From Alphaproteobacteria bacterium (lineage in GTDB: Bacteria > Pseudomonadota > Alphaproteobacteria > Rs-D84): a DNA stretch of 64,000 bases. Below, piece after piece: positions 18,801 to 26,944 of the stretch. Under the pieces are notes generated by a model, which was not told the origin of the DNA, did no database searches, and was given only the letters and a program-made list of their open reading frames with translations. The translations under genes were made by a program, and so were the position numbers. How positions within the stretch are numbered: the stretch's first letter is position 1; each line of letters opens with the position of its first letter. The stretch is from the NCBI GenBank assembly GCA_031555055.1, contig JAVBUT010000004.1:13741-77740 (forward strand), written 5' to 3'.

Positions 18801-19186
18801 GGGCGATCACTGATTGCCAGAAACAGACAAATCCGGGAACGTATATTACAACACCCAGAAGTGTCACACTGACAAACTGTGGTGTTGGATATTATTGTCC
18901 CGCAACCTTGATAAATTATGAGAGCATAGGATCGCGATTCGCGTGCCCCGAAGGTTCAACCACGCGTGGAACCGGACTGGGCGCGGACGAGCCTGGCGAC
19001 TGTGGCCACGTGCTGAGAATTGGTGCAAACAAGCTGTATCTGCGCAGTGATAAAAAAACATCGCCATCGTTGAATCTGAATTATAACGGGACGATATATT
19101 ACGGGAACGCGACCACTGATCAAAGAAACGGCTTGAAACTGAATTCCGGTGGCGTGACATATTCGATCTATGACGATGGCATGTGA
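15815..19186 (+). CDS. Giant Cys-rich modular surface or secreted protein (about 15 tandem CPxGYYC-type modules)
   Basis: Signal peptide MREGRFILGFFGLVFLTVLPSVALAVDC. A reiterated module of about 55-75 aa reads T.aGKYI....t.CPaGyYCpg..vnYGs.gg...CP.GY..g..G...I.dC. A distinct Cys-free C-terminal domain of about 70 aa follows. Confidence 0.85.
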   Translation: MREGRFILGFFGLVFLTVLPSVALAVDCAAGKYWDGTGCATCTRGYYCTGFSNVTDPAVGHGLTECPPDYTDGDPGATNKNQCMITTPPGYYTMGYGLLVCFELGYNCLGNIRVKWGSAGGYAFCPVKEYSDVSGAVACKMCPEGYQSSTTTGKKTINLCQANTVAGKYIATPFDIEGTTCPEGSYCTGGVKVNYGEIGGISACPEGYADGASGRTAIGQCAMKLPEGYYIKTAKDSVPTKCTEPGYSCPGSVVNYSSVGGQVICSGATYSGIPGASACSNCPDGYNANTTAGKGLITDCQINVTAGKYVADATSSTLTVCPAGYYCPVNKLNYGSANTPTACPSGYTFGTPGADDVSKCSIKTSAGKYIATANSTTETNCPAGSYCPPATVNYGGTGSILACPGDYNDGAAGLSNITDCKIQTSNGKYIAASNDLTETDCPAGYYCQSQSIQFGGFSTLTPCTGATYSSSGAASCAVCPTGYVANTDEGKTAISQCQFQTTYGYMIENPGDTFETACAVASDCPATLVNYGHSNSVTQCTGGFYLSGGNCVSCPTGYKDEDSVNKTAITQCAKKVTAGYYIRTANSDVETICPANSYCPGALITYGSTGGIITCPTGYTSGTTGSVTINDCKLKTNGGKYVQVAESSTTVNCPAGYYCPSEFVNYGSVNTPTPCPAGEYSTLMAATCISCPTGYEAGPPIKTVQTDCQMNVSPGFYILNAKDSAPTPCPVGEYCSGGLIAYNSKGGKLACTGATYSDTLGASECKLCPTRYNSNVTAGKTSINQCQTVANAGKYIANAGDTVETLCTAGHYCSGGLINFGNVGIINQCMGATYSAGGATNCTVCPTGYTANIDPGKTSIEQCQILVNATKYIGTPYSATQTNCPAGSYCPFYGPLNYGSVIMPTKCTGATFSLGGTMECEECAVGYRDDLSEGKVSYTGCKKITTPGEYIQAARDLVGTPCPAGKYCPSATVSFNSTNSYMGCPLGYLDGPIGAGAITDCQKQTNPGTYITTPRSVTLTNCGVGYYCPATLINYESIGSRFACPEGSTTRGTGLGADEPGDCGHVLRIGANKLYLRSDKKTSPSLNLNYNGTIYYGNATTDQRNGLKLNSGGVTYSIYDDGM

Positions 19187-19210
19187 TTTGCGACACAATA
19201 ACAACACATA

Positions 19211-19240
19211 AAAAACGACGGTAGAATCCGTCGTTTTTTG
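19211..19240. terminator. Bidirectional terminator
   Basis: aaaaaCGACGGtagaatCCGTCGtttttt lies between convergent genes. Confidence 0.85.
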
Positions 19241-19253
19241 TTTCGTTTAATTT

Positions 19254-20000
19254 CTAGAACCGATATGACAGGCCGATTTTCAGCATCGGAATCGCGCGCA
19301 ATTTTGACACTTTGCTGGCGATCCAGTCGGATTCTTTTTGCATGTCTGCAGGGTCTATATAGAAAGCGTGCGGACCATACAGCGCCAATGATACACTGGG
19401 GTAAGAGTTTACCAAAAAGCCCAGGTCGGTCGTTATGTACAGACTGCGCCATACATTCATGTCAACACCGATGCCCAAGTATGGTGCAAAATTTTTGCTG
19501 AATCCGACGTTTCCGACCATGCTGAATCCTGGCGGCACGACATAGGTGTTGTCGCCGATCGTAACAGTTCCGCCAATGCCGACATCGCCGTGCATTTCGG
19601 AATGGTTTTTATATATTCCACCGGTTATGCGAAATACGCGTTCAAATGGGTACACGTCGATAACAGCCCCATAGGAATGATGCGAAAAATGCGCGTCACC
19701 CTGGGAAAAATCCAAGGATGTGTCGGTTTTTTTGTGAATTATGTCGTTGATCGCAGATTGCGGTATCTTTAGCGAATTCAGATAATTGAAATCGATTCTG
19801 ATCGCCAGCGTGTTCAGAACATTGTTCTTGTTATCGTAAAACGGACGATATCCGACGGACGCATTGATGCCGGATGTCGCGCCGACCCCCATGTTGACAA
19901 TGACGCCGCGCAGACTTTTTTCCGTGTCGGAAAAGTCCCAGGCATGCAAGGTTGTCGGAACCGCCATGGCGGCGATAAACAGTAAAGGTATTCTTTTCAT
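19254..20000 (-). CDS. Outer-membrane beta-barrel protein
   Basis: Signal peptide MKRIPLLFIAAMAVPTTLHA, beta-strand periodicity, and a C-terminal ...KIGLSYRF. Confidence 0.8.
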   Translation of the reverse strand: MKRIPLLFIAAMAVPTTLHAWDFSDTEKSLRGVIVNMGVGATSGINASVGYRPFYDNKNNVLNTLAIRIDFNYLNSLKIPQSAINDIIHKKTDTSLDFSQGDAHFSHHSYGAVIDVYPFERVFRITGGIYKNHSEMHGDVGIGGTVTIGDNTYVVPPGFSMVGNVGFSKNFAPYLGIGVDMNVWRSLYITTDLGFLVNSYPSVSLALYGPHAFYIDPADMQKESDWIASKVSKLRAIPMLKIGLSYRF

Positions 20001-20269
20001 AACAGGTATTTAACTATAAAAAATATGATAAATCAAATTTAAAATGAAATTCCGGGGGTGGGTGTTTTCAGCTTTAGGAGAGAGAAAAAACACATCCCCG
20101 GATGTACGTATTTTAACATACGTATCTGTTCCTATTTTTATATCAAGTTTATAAAAAAATAAATAGGTTGTTTTTCCTAGTGATAAACCTATATACTTTT
20201 GGTGTCGGGTTGGTATAATCCGATTGTCCTGTAATCAAAAATCAACAAACCAAGCAAAGGCATTTATCC

Positions 20270-21859
20270 ATGATTAAAAATATATATGAAATGCTGCATG
20301 ATGTTTGCGAACGGAATATGGACCGTATTTTTTATGTCCGTCAAAACAAAACATATGCAGACCTGTTGCGCGATGTTCAACGGCGCGCGGTAAAACTGGC
20401 GAATAAGTTCGGAATTAAAAAAGGCGATGTTGTCGCCATTCTTTCTGGGAATACGCCCGAATTTATAAACTCTTATTTTGCGGCAACCGCGATCGGCGCC
20501 CAGGTTCTGATGTTGGACACAGGTCTGGCATCGGTCGAACATGTGAACATGATGAAACGTACGAATTGTAAACTGGCACTGGCCCAGAAACAGTTCTTTG
20601 TGGACGGCGCAGCCGAAATGTACGACATAGAATCGTCTGACGACGATCAGGATGAAAAACTGTTTGTTGCCGCCGATGTTACCCGGTGTGATATCGCGAT
20701 GCTGTCGTTTACATCCGGTTCGACCGGCAATCCGAAAATCGTCGGACTGACGCATGACAATATCGTGTCGCTGGGCCAGGGCGCATTGTTCTATAATGCT
20801 GTGATCAAGCCGGGATATATTTTCTATGGCTTTTTGCCGTTGTATCATATTTATGGCGTTGTCATCAATATTATCGCACCGCTGGTGCTGGAAGGTTCGC
20901 TGTTGTTGCAGCCGGTGCTGAACCCAAAGGAGTTCCTGAAAGATTTCGCACAATTCCATCCAGAAGTTATCCCGGCGGTCCCACGCGTATGGGAAGGATT
21001 TTACAAGAACATCGTCGACAATGCGAAAAAGAAGCGTGTGTACTGGCTGATGAAAACAGTTGTCGCACTGCGCGGATTCTTGCGCCTGGTTGGTCTGGGG
21101 GGATTGGTTAAAAAAGTCACCAAGCCGATCCATGACGTATTCGGTGGTAATACGCGTGTATTGATATCTGCCGGCGCGACGCTGAAACCGACGATACGCA
21201 AGTTCTTTGAAAGTTTGGGATTTGTGGTTGGCGATTGTTATGGCTTGACCGAAACAACGGGTCCCGCGAACTTTAACTTTGAATTTCCGTTACCAAATGG
21301 CGATCGTCACTATGCCGGTCCGTTGCCGGGGAACGAAATCAAAATCCACAACCCGGACGCGGACGGTATCGGCGAAGTCTGGGTGCGCGGAAATCTGGTC
21401 ATGCCGGGATATGTCGGGAATGACGCTGCGAACGCCGAAGCGTTCCAGGACGGCTGGTTCAAAACCGGCGATTTGGGCGTGCTGGATTCTAAAAAACGTC
21501 TGACAATCAAAGGGCGCAAAAAACAGGTGATCGTTCTGGAAAGCGGAAAAAACGTGTATCCGGACGAACTGGAAGACCTGTATCTGCAGAACGATGACAT
21601 ATTGGCCGCTGCCGTTATCGAACGCGAAATTCGCGGCAAAGTCGAAGCATACGGTGTATTCCAGGTAAAACCAGGAACGTCGTTGACCAAGGTCAGTCTG
21701 TTGATCAAGGCGTCTAACCTGACAATCGCGCCATACAAATGGGTAAAGCATTTCGCGATAACTGAAAACGAACTGCCTATGACGTCTGCGAAAAAGATCA
21801 AGCATTTCGAAATCAAAGAGATGTTGGATAGGGGCGAATTCCCCAACCGCGAAGAGTAA
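20270..21859 (+). CDS. AMP-dependent synthetase/ligase (long-chain acyl-CoA synthetase-like)
   Basis: AMP-binding motif LSFTSGSTGNPKIV, plus YGLTE, GWFKTGDLG and KGRKKQVI blocks. An extended -10 element (tgGTATAAT) lies at about 20210. Confidence 0.88.
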   Translation: MIKNIYEMLHDVCERNMDRIFYVRQNKTYADLLRDVQRRAVKLANKFGIKKGDVVAILSGNTPEFINSYFAATAIGAQVLMLDTGLASVEHVNMMKRTNCKLALAQKQFFVDGAAEMYDIESSDDDQDEKLFVAADVTRCDIAMLSFTSGSTGNPKIVGLTHDNIVSLGQGALFYNAVIKPGYIFYGFLPLYHIYGVVINIIAPLVLEGSLLLQPVLNPKEFLKDFAQFHPEVIPAVPRVWEGFYKNIVDNAKKKRVYWLMKTVVALRGFLRLVGLGGLVKKVTKPIHDVFGGNTRVLISAGATLKPTIRKFFESLGFVVGDCYGLTETTGPANFNFEFPLPNGDRHYAGPLPGNEIKIHNPDADGIGEVWVRGNLVMPGYVGNDAANAEAFQDGWFKTGDLGVLDSKKRLTIKGRKKQVIVLESGKNVYPDELEDLYLQNDDILAAAVIEREIRGKVEAYGVFQVKPGTSLTKVSLLIKASNLTIAPYKWVKHFAITENELPMTSAKKIKHFEIKEMLDRGEFPNREE

Positions 21860-21967
21860 AATTAAATATAACAACGCATTTGGCGCGATTTGGGGTGGCT
21901 CGTGTATGTTCAATACACTACGCCACCCCAAATCACGCCAACTACATCGTTCTCTTTAATTTTTACA
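21858..21967 (+). repeat. Palindromic element of about 110 bp abutting a stop codon (family copy A)
   Basis: Begins at the TAA of the ligase gene. A 19-bp stem tggcgcgatttggggtggc / gccaccccaaatcacgcca (1 mismatch) encloses an inner small hairpin. About 85% identical by eye to 34345..34453. Confidence 0.85.
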
Positions 21968-22143
21968 GCCCGGTTTTTGCGTATTTGTACACTTCGCCAT
22001 CATCTCCCGGCGCCATTCATCTCATATAAATTAATTTTTTAAAGGGTCCGGTTTTGGGATGTTTTTTTTGTGCTTTTTGTATTGACAAATAATTGAAAAG
22101 TGCTATGATGTAAGTGCAGATAAATAAAGAAGAGGGAACCGGT

Positions 22144-22491
22144 ATGCTTACAAATGGATTTAGACCAACAAATTTGTTTTGGTTTATGGAATTAAAGCCT
22201 GATATGGAATATCTGGGGTTGTTGACACGCGCCAATGCTGCCAGAACCGAAGCAGGGGCCATAAGTGTTGAAATTAAAGATTTAGAGAATTATCTGATCG
22301 TTTTGGAACGTGATCCGAAAAGCACCGCCGCCGGCGCCGCGTCCGAAACGCAAGCCGATATTCATGATGCCGAGGCAAGATTGTCCATAAAAAAATCAGA
22401 AATAATGGAATTTGGGACAAAATTGTTGCATATGCGTGAAAAATACAAAACACCACGGGCACCGTTCTTGCCAAAATACAAACAACGATAA
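22144..22491 (+). CDS. Hypothetical protein
   Basis: 115-aa ORF from ATG 22144, preceded by GAGGGAA and by TTGACA-16-TATGAT at 22083..22110. A terminator follows at 22491..22516. Confidence 0.55.
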   Translation: MLTNGFRPTNLFWFMELKPDMEYLGLLTRANAARTEAGAISVEIKDLENYLIVLERDPKSTAAGAASETQADIHDAEARLSIKKSEIMEFGTKLLHMREKYKTPRAPFLPKYKQR

Positions 22492-22530
22492 AAAACGCCC
22501 GATCGGGCGTTTTTTAGTCATATGATTTTT

Positions 22531-23817
22531 CTATTCGCACACTGCGACATATGGTGCCAGTGATTTGTCCGGATCAATGCGGCCGACACCGCAATCCAGG
22601 CAATTAAATTTTCTGTTTTGAGAATGTGTTTTATCCAACGGTATTTCATAATCGGCAACCGCGGATACGCGCGCCGCATACGTCAGACTGGGGAATCCGA
22701 AATACATTGCGCGTGATGATCCTGTGCATGCGGACGCGTTCGGATAACACTTTGGGTCGGTTGTTTTGGCCGGGTCCGGCACACACATCACAGCGCAAGT
22801 TTCCTGGTCCAGTACCGCTTGTTCGCAATCTGTGCACAATGTTGCCGATATTCGCAATGTTGCGCCTATGCGCCCATGTTCGGCACCACGCGACGTCGGG
22901 GTGCATTTTGATGGCATTCTGGTCGCGACCGGGTCTTCGACACATTCCCACACCAAGTCGTTGTAATTCAGTCGTGCGATCATGCCGGCAGGGCAACTGC
23001 GTTCTTGGAATGGGTCGATACACTGCCATATGTCGTCGACCATTACGGCGGACTGTTTCGATCCGCACAGCGGACGGCGCGCGTTGTCCGCGACACATTC
23101 GCCCAGGTCCGAATCCCATATCTTGTCCCCGGCACAGTTGATTTTTGTGTTGTTCGGCACGCACTGCCACTTGCCGAACCGATAGGCTTTGATCATGCCG
23201 CCGCCGCACGTTATGTCGGCGACAACAGGCGCCGCAAAGTCTGTTTCGACATCCGGGATTTCATACATGGTCATATATACCAGCTGGCCGTTGCGCAGTT
23301 TTGCTTCTTTGATAACACCAGCGGGTATCGCGCGTTTGCCGGCGGGGCCGCCACCCAGAATTACGTCATCCAAAAATATGCCAAAAGTACCCGCTGCGGG
23401 ATAATACTTTTCAATAATTTCCAGCATATTGTTATATTCGCCATTCGGCAGAGGGGCTGTTGTAGTGACAACAAAACTGTATTCTGGTTTTCGTTTATTC
23501 GTAACCTCGCACTTTACGATTGCGCGGGATTCATTCATGCATACCATATACGTGGCGATTTCATATTGTTGCAGGCAAATATCTTCGAATATATAGTCCT
23601 TGATCGCGGCGGTTTGGGCCATGGCGGTGCATTCCGCAACGGATCGCAAATCGGCGCGCGCGATGGCGGTGTCTTGTTCGATATGTGCTATGTTCTGGCT
23701 GGGGCTGTCCATAAAATAATAGCCCGCCATAAACAAAAACACCAAAACCATGATAAAAATATTCACTTCTCTCTTGCCCTTTGGCAAAAGAATAGCTAAT
23801 ATGGCTGGGAAGTTCAA
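22531..23817 (-). CDS. Membrane-anchored Cys-rich protein, unknown function
   Basis: 428-aa ORF with an N-terminal hydrophobic helix (IFIMVLVFLFMAGYYF; the alternative start M23 is at 23751). The C-terminal half is rich in spaced Cys (CGGG..WQC..INCAGD..GEC..LCGS..WQC..SCPAG..WEC). Confidence 0.65.
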   Translation of the reverse strand: MNFPAILAILLPKGKREVNIFIMVLVFLFMAGYYFMDSPSQNIAHIEQDTAIARADLRSVAECTAMAQTAAIKDYIFEDICLQQYEIATYMVCMNESRAIVKCEVTNKRKPEYSFVVTTTAPLPNGEYNNMLEIIEKYYPAAGTFGIFLDDVILGGGPAGKRAIPAGVIKEAKLRNGQLVYMTMYEIPDVETDFAAPVVADITCGGGMIKAYRFGKWQCVPNNTKINCAGDKIWDSDLGECVADNARRPLCGSKQSAVMVDDIWQCIDPFQERSCPAGMIARLNYNDLVWECVEDPVATRMPSKCTPTSRGAEHGRIGATLRISATLCTDCEQAVLDQETCAVMCVPDPAKTTDPKCYPNASACTGSSRAMYFGFPSLTYAARVSAVADYEIPLDKTHSQNRKFNCLDCGVGRIDPDKSLAPYVAVCE

Positions 23818-23832
23818 TAGGAAATAACAATC

Positions 23833-24306
23833 ATGCGCGCGATAAAAAAAATAATTATACTTTCACTTACGCTGGCGCTGGTTTCGTGCGGATTTGCGCC
23901 AATGCGGTCCGGTGAAGCACAGATCGATGTCTATGTCGCGCCGATCAGTGGTACAAACGGGATCGATTTACGAAACGCGCTGAACGCAAAATTCGGCAAG
24001 GTGGCCGCCGCATCGGCAAAATATTCGCTGGTCGTGCACTTGGATGAACCGATAACAAAATACAAGGCCATACAGTCGACCGGCGACGCCACATGGCAAG
24101 AAGTGCAGCTGCGCGCCAGCTATGTTCTGAAGGCGGGCGACAAGGAAATTGCCAAAGGTGCCGAACGTGCGTCAGAATCCTATACATTTGTGCGATATTT
24201 GGTCGCGGCGAATGCGTCTTATAACAATGCTGTGCAGAACACTACCAAAGAGCTGTCTGAAAAAATCGGGAACCGTGTAATCGCAGAGATTAATCGCAAG
24301 CAATAA
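23833..24306 (+). CDS. lptE: LPS-assembly lipoprotein LptE
   Basis: Lipobox LALVSCGFAPMRSG (the CGF.P motif seen in alphaproteobacterial LptE). About 157 aa. The stop overlaps the holA start by 1 nt (TAATG), matching the classical lptE-holA synteny. Confidence 0.75.
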   Translation: MRAIKKIIILSLTLALVSCGFAPMRSGEAQIDVYVAPISGTNGIDLRNALNAKFGKVAAASAKYSLVVHLDEPITKYKAIQSTGDATWQEVQLRASYVLKAGDKEIAKGAERASESYTFVRYLVAANASYNNAVQNTTKELSEKIGNRVIAEINRKQ

Positions 24307-25292
24307 TGAAGTGGAAAGAATCCGATTTTAATTCCGGTATAAACGCTGTTCGCGCAGTGCTGATTTATGGCGCGGATGCCGGCCAAGTGGATGAGCTGTG
24401 CGATCGCGCAATAGAAAAATGCGAAACCACAAAAGACAATATATTCGCCGTTGATTCCAATGATCTGAAAGACAAACAAGACGCTTTGTTCGCCGAAGCG
24501 TGCAGCCAGTCCATGTTCGGTGGCCATAAAATGGTCATAGTTTCAAATGCCGGCGATTCCGATGCAAAGCTGATTGCGGAACTGGTCGAGCACCCGTCGC
24601 TGAACGCGACAGTTGTCGTCACCGCCGGCGAATTGCGCGCGGGCGGCGGGTTGCGCGCGATGTTTGAAAACGGTGATAAAATCGCTGCGCTGGCATGCTA
24701 TAACGACGATGCGCGCACATTGGCCACGCTGATCCAAAAAGATATGTTCGCGGCCGGTATCACGCAAATCACGCCGGACGCAATTGCGTACATGACATCG
24801 CACTTGGGCGGGGATCGTGGTATCACGCGCAGCTTTTTAAAGAAAATCGCGCTGTATGTCGATGATAAAAAAAAGGTAGAGTTGGACGATGTTGAAAAAT
24901 GTCTGCCGGATACGGGTGCGGCGGATGTGGATGAATTCTTGTTTTCGTTGACGGCGGGACATATACACCATACGATGACCGCGCTGGATCGGCTGTTTTA
25001 TGATAACAGCGAACCGAACATGCTGGTCCGCATGCTGGACGGACATTTCAAGCGACTGATGATGGCGGTGGTCGAAGGCCAGATGCCGCGCTTGTTCTGG
25101 AAGGTCGCGGACAAGTTTAACATGGCTGTGAAAATTTGGCCGGAATCAGAAATAACAGGTGTCTTGGTTCGTCTGAATGAATTGGAAAAACAGCTGCGCA
25201 CGACGGGAATGCCGGGCGAAATACTGTTGCGCGATTTTGCATTGAAATTATCCGTGCGCGCGGCAAAACTGTCGGTAAAAAGAAGGTATTAA
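24306..25292 (+). CDS. holA: DNA polymerase III delta subunit
   Basis: 328 aa. N-terminal ...VLIYGADAGQVDE..., size and synteny with lptE fit HolA, but sequence motifs in this family are weak. Confidence 0.75.
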   Translation: MKWKESDFNSGINAVRAVLIYGADAGQVDELCDRAIEKCETTKDNIFAVDSNDLKDKQDALFAEACSQSMFGGHKMVIVSNAGDSDAKLIAELVEHPSLNATVVVTAGELRAGGGLRAMFENGDKIAALACYNDDARTLATLIQKDMFAAGITQITPDAIAYMTSHLGGDRGITRSFLKKIALYVDDKKKVELDDVEKCLPDTGAADVDEFLFSLTAGHIHHTMTALDRLFYDNSEPNMLVRMLDGHFKRLMMAVVEGQMPRLFWKVADKFNMAVKIWPESEITGVLVRLNELEKQLRTTGMPGEILLRDFALKLSVRAAKLSVKRRY

Positions 25293-25293
25293 A

Positions 25294-26055
25294 ATGTTGT
25301 CATCTGTATACGCACCAAAAGATTTTAAAAGACTGCGCGTGGTCGGCGATATTGTCGCACGCTGTTTCGATCATATCGCGCCGTATGTGCGGGCCGGCGT
25401 TTCGACCGGCGAAATCGACCGTATGGTCGCGGAATTTCTAAAGGCGAATGACGCCAAGTCTTCGTCCCTGGGGTACCATGGATTTCCAAAGCACATATGC
25501 ACGTCCGTCAACGATGTGATCGTTCATGGAATCCCCAGCGACGACGTGATACTAAAAGATGGCGATATCGTCAATATCGATTTGACCGCAGAACACAAAG
25601 GATTCCACGGCGATTCTTCGCGCATGTTCATGATCGGTAACGTTTCACCGCGCGCACGCGAATTGGTCCAGACGTGCCAGGACGCACTGAACAGCGCGAT
25701 CGCGGTTTGCGGGCCCGGTGTGCCACTGTCAGAAATTGGCAAAACAATCGAAGCGGTTGTAAACCCGCACGGGTTTTCAATATCGCGCGACTTTGTCGGC
25801 CACGGCATTGGCAAGGTTATGCACGACGAACCGCAGATATTTCATTTCTATGACAAAAGAATGGACAAGATCAAAATGGTTCCGGGTCTGGTGTTCACGA
25901 TAGAGCCGATGATAAACACCGGATCGCCGTCTTGCCGTCTGGACGCGGACGGATGGACCGCGCGCACTGTTGACGGCGGGCTGTCTGCGCAATGGGAACA
26001 CACAATCGGAATTACCGAAGACGGCGCGGTCATATTCACGGAAAAAATGATCTGA
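25294..26055 (+). CDS. map: Methionine aminopeptidase type I
   Basis: Metal ligand blocks VIVHGIP, DIVNIDLT, HGDSSRMF, FVGHGIG, FTIEPM and QWEHT are present. Confidence 0.93.
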   Translation: MLSSVYAPKDFKRLRVVGDIVARCFDHIAPYVRAGVSTGEIDRMVAEFLKANDAKSSSLGYHGFPKHICTSVNDVIVHGIPSDDVILKDGDIVNIDLTAEHKGFHGDSSRMFMIGNVSPRARELVQTCQDALNSAIAVCGPGVPLSEIGKTIEAVVNPHGFSISRDFVGHGIGKVMHDEPQIFHFYDKRMDKIKMVPGLVFTIEPMINTGSPSCRLDADGWTARTVDGGLSAQWEHTIGITEDGAVIFTEKMI

Positions 26056-26080
26056 TTTACCGGGATGCGGGGGGGATGAT

Positions 26081-26764
26081 TTGAACGACAAGGCTGTATC
26101 TTATGGCGCGGGTCATCGGGAAAGATTAAGGAAAAAATTCCTGGCCGGGAAACTGGCTGATTACGAGCTGGTCGAACTATTGCTGGCCTATGCTATTCCG
26201 CGATGCGATGTAAAGCCGATCGCACGCAGTCTGATGAATAAGTTCGGCGGAATCCACCATATTGTATCCGCCCCGATTGATGCGCTGACCGCAACTGTCG
26301 GGATCAAGGAAAACACCGCCGTTTTAATAAAACTGATTTATGAAATCATGATAATGTCGCATCGTGGCGGTATGGCTGATACGCCGATATTCCACGACTA
26401 TCAAAGATTGTCCGATTATTGCAAAACACTGCTGACCGGCAAAACAGTCGAAGAATTTCATGTCATATACTTGGGGGCTGATTACAAACTGTTGCGCGAT
26501 GATACGCACAGTGCGGGCACGATCGACTGGGCCGCGGTGTATCCGCGCGAAATACTGAAACGCGCGCTGGAATTAAATGCAAGATCGGTTGTGCTGATGC
26601 ATAATCATCCGGTATCAAACACTTCGTTTTCGACCCAGGATATTGAAATAACAAACACCATTAAAAAATTGATGGCGTCGGTTGAAATCGATTTGTTTGA
26701 TCATCTGTTGCTGTCGGCGAACGGGATCGTTCATTCCGCCAAGAATATGTTTTTGATAAAGTGA
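26081..26764 (+). CDS. radC: RadC/UPF0758 JAB-domain protein
   Basis: TTG start after GGGGGGA. N-terminal GHRERLRKKF and the JAMM motif LMHNHPVSNTSFSTQDIEIT. Confidence 0.88.
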   Translation: MNDKAVSYGAGHRERLRKKFLAGKLADYELVELLLAYAIPRCDVKPIARSLMNKFGGIHHIVSAPIDALTATVGIKENTAVLIKLIYEIMIMSHRGGMADTPIFHDYQRLSDYCKTLLTGKTVEEFHVIYLGADYKLLRDDTHSAGTIDWAAVYPREILKRALELNARSVVLMHNHPVSNTSFSTQDIEITNTIKKLMASVEIDLFDHLLLSANGIVHSAKNMFLIK

Positions 26765-26775
26765 ACTGAATCCGA

Positions 26776-26928
26776 TTATACGCGGTTTATTTTTCCGATT
26801 TGGGCCAGCATTATTTTTATTGCACACAGATCGTTTCTTATTTCAAATAATAGTTCGTGAAAAATTTTTATTTGTTCCGCACTGTTAAGCAACTTTGCGA
26901 TTTCATCAAGCGTGAATTGTTTTTGCAT
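26776..26928 (-). CDS. Candidate small protein (50 aa), below the track cutoff
   Basis: MQKQFTLDEIAKLLNSAEQIKIFHELLFEIRNDLCAIKIMLAQIGKINRV. The ATG is preceded by GGGGGAA at good spacing, and the ORF sits directly downstream of a structured leader. There is no homology evidence. Confidence 0.35.
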   Translation of the reverse strand: MQKQFTLDEIAKLLNSAEQIKIFHELLFEIRNDLCAIKIMLAQIGKINRV

Positions 26929-26944
26929 TTTATTCCCCCGGTTA

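Noticed and set aside
20001-20269. A riboswitch or an SRP, 6S or RNase P-type RNA in the divergent intergenic region.
   Set aside because: Apart from one imperfect hairpin and a 6-bp palindrome (acgtat...atacgt), the region is AT-rich promoter-like DNA, with an extended -10 tgGTATAAT at about 20210. I could find no conserved core of any RNA family I know.
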